A stretch of DNA of 57,131 nt, counting the filler, from Bipalium vagum (taxonomy: Eukaryota), in NCBI GenBank assembly GCA_037834085.1. It is 3 parts of 3 records of this genome, joined end to end, with 100 filler letters (N's around TTAATTAATTAA, not from the genome) between each part and the next. Parts side by side here need not be neighbours in the genome. Positions count along the whole stretch, not along the records: positions 39,638 to 57,131 come from JBBMKC010063167.1; 2 more parts are not named here. The stretch is one strand, 5' to 3'. The notes beneath the pieces are model-generated. The model was not told the origin of the DNA. It did not search any database and saw nothing but the letters and a program-made list of their open reading frames with translations. Shown one piece after another: positions 52,401 through 57,131 of the stretch. Positions within the stretch are counted from its first letter, which is position 1. Each line of letters starts with the position of its first letter. Made by a program: the position numbers and the translations under genes.

Positions 52401-52629
52401 TAAACAGTTATATTCTAGTATAGTCATTTTAAATAATAATAAAAGGTCAAAGCAATAATAATTTATTTCATTAAATCCGATTACTTACACAAACTTTTCA
52501 AACATGGATCTCACCTTTTTAAAAAACTGAATTATTTACTTTATAAGAATTTACTAACATCTAAAATATTTTATTAAATATTTAAAAACTGTAATTTTAT
52601 AATTTTTAATAACTTTAAAATAAAACATT

Positions 52630-52800
52630 ATAATTGTTAGGCGTGTTCGCAAACCTTAATCTGTCATTAGTTCTCATTATCTCCAAGTCTTTAAGCTTAT
52701 TCAAAATTTTGCTTCTCATTGCACTTACCCCAACTCCCGTATCTAATAAGCATTCGAATCTTTGTCCTTCAATCTCCATCGTTAAAAATTCAAGCAACTA
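52630..52800 (-). mobile_element. LTR-retrotransposon aspartic protease fragment
   Basis: MEIEGQRFECLLDTGVGVSAM contains the LLDTG active site. Confidence 0.75.
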
Positions 52801-53121
52801 TTTCAGGAACCATTCCTTATATAAACTACTATTTTTGTTATAATCTATATCTGATTTTCTGAAATCAAAAAATAAATATATAGGAATATTTAGAATTTTG
52901 AAAAAAATTTGATGTTTAAATGCTATAGTCCAATATTAGTAATTACTGATACGAATTATAATTAAAGTTTAGTAAATTTGAAAAAAATAATCTTGGTTCT
53001 AAATATTTCATTAATAATAATTATCATAAATTTAAGTTATTGATTTTTTCATAAAATAACAAAGATTGAAATTGTAAATGTAAAAAGATTAATTTTATTC
53101 TACAACACATCTAAAACTAAA

Positions 53122-55235
53122 TTAATTATGGTCTTCGTATTCGGATTTTCCATATTTTTTGTTCCATCTTTCAAGGTATTCTTTTTTCCTCTCATCTCGT
53201 TTTTTAAAGTAATCAGGATATTGAGCCTTCTCGTCAGGATGCCATCCGTCCATAAGCTATCAATATTAAAAAATAATCAATATTGACATAGAAAGATAAA
53301 ATACAATATTTTTAATTTTTCAAAGTACACTGTTTATATTTTCAATACAAAAAGTTTAAGGTTACGGAGTCGATTTGTGACTTATCAGACCGACAGCTGC
53401 GAAATTATCTTTTTCAAAAATACAGTAAGATTAAAGATTCAGATCAATTGAAATATATTCCTTAAAAAAACCTAATTGGAAAAATCGATTATTAGTCTTT
53501 TTTTCATTAAAACTTCCTGTTATTTCAACGTTCTTAAATGTTTTTGTTAATTTCGAGACAGCGGAGAACCAAGTTTATTTGTATTAATAGAATATAGGTT
53601 TTTATTCAAAATCAACACCATTTCACAATGAAATATTAAATTCACTAATAAATCATTTTCATTCATTGGACAGCCGTTTAAGCGATCTATTGGGCTTTTC
53701 TTGTGAAGGTTGATTAATCTTTTCATCCCATATTTTCTCACTTTTGCATGGCTGACATTCAATATTTGGGTGAATCCAAGATACTCCTGTTTTGAGGAAT
53801 TTTTAAAATATTTTGGTGATCGTTAGTCTTCGTGGTAGATCAGTATTCATTTCCGTTTTCATATTCTTTGAATTTATATTTCAACTCAACGATTTTGATT
53901 CTCTCTTCAACACTGTCCAACAATCAATACATAATCTAAAATAAAAATAAAAATATAATTTGAAATATAAAATTCCAACCTACACACGGCAATAGTTCAG
54001 CTAAACAAAACTAAATGTTCAAAGATTTATTACACTTTAAGGTTACTTAATTGGCACCTTGTATGTTTATGTCTTTATAATGATAATGATAATAAAAAAT
54101 ATTTATCGAGCTCGTTTAATATTTGTTTTTTAGTATAAAACACCTCAGAATAGTTCTTTCATTAGCTGATCTCTCTCCAAATGCGAAATTGATGTTTCGA
54201 GCAGCTTCTGAACTTGATCTTCCGGTTTTCTATACCACTTCTCTACCAGACAATGAACAATAGTATCATAAAAAATATAATTATATTTTTCTACTTTTAT
54301 CAATGATTTAATTTAAATTGTATTAAATTGAATTTCAGTTCCAATCAATAAAAAGTTCGTTTAATATTGAATTGGTTTACATAAAAAATTATATTAAGAA
54401 AACCATTTTCACATATTTGAAAAAATAAGTCATTTTTATTGCAGTATATAAAATTACATGTAATTTGGAAATTTTTTGGGACCATTTTATTATGAAAAAC
54501 TTTAAATATGAACTGAAAAACAGATTGCTCATGCAATATACGAAAATACAATTTTGTCAATTAAATAATTGAGAACAATAATCAATTTCACTTTCTTTTT
54601 AAAAATAGTAAAAAAAACAATGAAGAATTTTGGAGAAGTAACAAGATTTATTTTATAATTGACCATAAGAAAAATGTTGAGCTTTGATGTGGTTCCATAA
54701 AAAATATATTTAAGGTTTGATTTGAAATTGAATAAAAATATTGCCAAAATGAAATTAAAAATATTACATGAACAAGCATTTATGAAGTTGATTAAACCTA
54801 AATAAAATTGAGAATTATCAATACTTAACTTACATAATCAGGATAATAGTCCTCTCTTTGGTATGCAATTCCACCAGGGCAATTTATAACTAATTAAATC
54901 TTGAATCATGAAGAAAACTTATAAAATGCTACATTCCATTGGCAAAGGATTTAATTTCCGCTCAAGCTCTGCAAACCCCTCATCACGAATTCTTTTGGCT
55001 TCAACAAAATCTTTTATATGCTTATTTTTATCAAAACGATCACGTAAAAGAACAGCTTCATAACGAAACTCGTACCTAAATTAATGACAAATCTATATCC
55101 TAAAATTAATTATTATTACTTTTCTGGAATATAACTTCTTAAATTTTTTAAAGACATTTTGTATAACTTTCTTACTAATTCAGCGTGTGATAAAAGTGTC
55201 CTTTGATGACTTGGTGGAAGTATAATCTTATTCAT
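53122..55235 (-). CDS. NDUFB9: NADH dehydrogenase (ubiquinone) 1 beta subcomplex subunit 9, LYR family (149 aa)
   Basis: Exons 55235-55120, 55075-54933, 54889-54834 and 53256-53122, GT-AG, in frame. LSHAELVRKLYKMSLKNL..FRYEAVLLRDRFDKNK..PGGIAYQR..DGWHPDEKAQYPDYFKKR matches NDUFB9/B22. Not in the ORF track. Confidence 0.95.
53740..53935 (-). mobile_element. Tc1/mariner-superfamily N-terminal HTH fragment in NDUFB9 intron 3
   Basis: SVEERIKIVELKYKF..RLTITKIF*KFLKTG(S)ILD. Confidence 0.55.
54135..54260 (-). mobile_element. Mariner HTH fragment in NDUFB9 intron 3
   Basis: GRSSSEAARNINFAFGERSANERTILRCF (cf. mariner AAEAARNINxAFGxxxANERTVQxWF). Confidence 0.75.
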
Positions 55236-56339
55236 TTTTAAAATTTAACAAAGAAATTATTGGAAAATCTAAATAATATAATATAATAATTGTTGCTTAA
55301 AAACTACACTGTTTCAAAAATAATGTATATAAACAAAATGTATTTAAACGAATCCTATTCACAAATACAAAAAATTAAGATCATTGAAAAACATAAAAAA
55401 TTTTATTGGTATTTCAGTAATTTTCATTTAAAAGTTATAGTATAAAATTATGTATTTAATAATGAAAAGATAAAAAAGTTAAATAGATTGGGTTTCATTT
55501 AATTTAGTAGAAATCTAACTCAAAACATTGTTACTACTAAATAAAATTGTATTAATAAATTTCATTTGCAATTCTATAAAAATATTTATTAATGAATTTA
55601 TTATAAATGTTATTTTTAAAACTAAAAATCTTAATTTTCATGTAAAAACAACGAACCTCACAAAACAGTCCAGAATATAAAAAATCGTGTCTTGAAACGG
55701 GCTAATATTTTTGCGAGTGTGACTCGAAAAGCAAATTCTACAAAGTCAAATTGTTGACAATTTGTGTCTTCACCAATCTCACCAGACAATGATAAATCTG
55801 ATCAAGCTGGTATAGATAGCACAAATATTGCAAAACATAACTTGATTCAATCACCAATCTTGGTTCATTGATTCAGATATTCATAATCTGACTAAAATCT
55901 TAAATTGTAAAAGTCATTATGCTCTAAATTCGGTTATTGTTTTGTTTCTGGCCTCAACTGACCAATCTAACAATCTCAGACTCCCATGTTAAGCGCAGTA
56001 AGCCAAACAATATATTGTCCTCTCAATATTAGCAACCAACATTGTGTGGGAGTTGTCAACCAAAAAGAGAAAAAGATGAAAGTATCGCAATGTTAACACA
56101 GGATCGAAATGTCATCAAATATTGTTATTTGTTTCATCAAACATTTAAATCTGATTTATATACTTTTATTTGTGATTTTAATTGTAAAACATTTTTAATT
56201 GTGGTTGAAAATTTTAATTTATCATTTTTATGACTTAGTTGTTACATTTTATGACTTATTTTGATTATAATTAATATTATTTTTTTAATAAATAAAATAA
56301 GTTAATAATAATAATAAATTAAATAATAAAAAGAATAAA

Positions 56340-56520
56340 ATAACCCAACCTGAAAACATATCCACAAGGCAGTGTAGCAGGATCGGTGGGTCGACAAGCA
56401 GGACTAGAAATAAAAAGGGTATAACAATAATAAATTAAGTAATAATAAATAATAAATTAAGTAATAATAATAATAATAAAATAATAACTTAAAGTAGGCA
56501 ACTAAAATCTGGGAATAAAA
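56340..56520 (+). repeat. Interspersed repeat shared with 17890-18050
   Basis: Shared ~40-nt core plus downstream AGTA(A)GGCA..ATCTGGGA similarity. Confidence 0.7.
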
Positions 56521-57131
56521 GTTCTGACATTTGGCGTACAGTCACATTCCTAGGTTTTTAATAATTGATATTTATCATTGTGACAAAGGAGATCAGCCTG
56601 GTAACACTTTTCCAGATTTGGGAAGAGATATATAAAAATTGTCAAAATAATTGCTGAAATGACATTTAATATCGTTGAATGATTATGCATAATCCAGTGG
56701 TACGAGTAGTGGATAGATATAGAAAAATAGCCAAACCCAAAAATCTAGATAGCGAAAAGTGACCCAAACCCAAAAATCTCGCTCGCTTCTCTCGATCGAT
56801 TTTAGGATATCGATCACTTTTCTATATTTATCCACTACTGTTAGCATTATTAATAAAACCATAAAAATGCATGCATAAAAAATAAACCCAAAATATATAA
56901 AAAACATATTTATAAAAATGAGTGAAAAAAAATGTGAAATTTGTAATAAATATTATAGTACAATCTTCCCCATCGGGGAAAGTACCTTTATTTTTTTATA
57001 AGTTAATTTATTCAATAAAAAATGACAACAGATAAAACCTTTTATAAAACATAGATGTATCAGACATAAAAAATATTATGGGCAAGTTAGTCAACAATTT
57101 ATAAAATTACTACTACTAACTAATGTATAAT

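Noticed and set aside
55680-56100. Possible divergent gene or Merlin-type transposase upstream of NDUFB9
   Set aside because: The frames I examined are stop-ridden and lack convincing motifs.
56683-57131. Hydrophobic 74-aa ORF and a CEIC finger start at 56918
   Set aside because: Low-complexity AT-rich translation with an internal short repeat, and the finger is incomplete.
1-57131. CRISPR arrays, prokaryotic operons or defence systems, rRNA/tRNA genes
   Set aside because: The window is eukaryotic with spliced genes; I saw no spaced direct-repeat array, cloverleaf or rRNA-like sequence.

Overview
Eukaryotic, very AT-rich, repeat-dense invertebrate scaffold with three N gaps. The taxon cannot be fixed from the sequence; the short introns and divergent proteins are compatible with a flatworm. 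Four host genes can be reconstructed with canonical GT-AG splicing: a ~1360-aa zinc-finger protein (minus, 10753-16508), Nup93/Nic96 (minus, 19677-22353), AP-3 sigma (plus, 40385-41189) and complex I subunit NDUFB9 (minus, 53122-55235). The rest is mostly decayed mobile DNA: a full-length inactivated mariner, many Tc1/mariner fragments, gypsy pieces and LTR-like repeats, Penelope-type termini with hammerhead ribozyme motifs, an ankyrin pseudogene and a rearranged Polinton/Maverick remnant. The best candidate for something undescribed is a ~110-aa extended zinc-finger module repeated four times in the large gene, with further frameshifted copies hidden downstream (8650-10250). Also notable are the hammerhead motifs, an unexplained hairpin cluster near 23.4-23.7 kb, a repeat-flanked inversion inside the Polinton polymerase, and a 5'-to-3' GC rise within genes. 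All homology calls come from motif recognition by eye; no searches were run.
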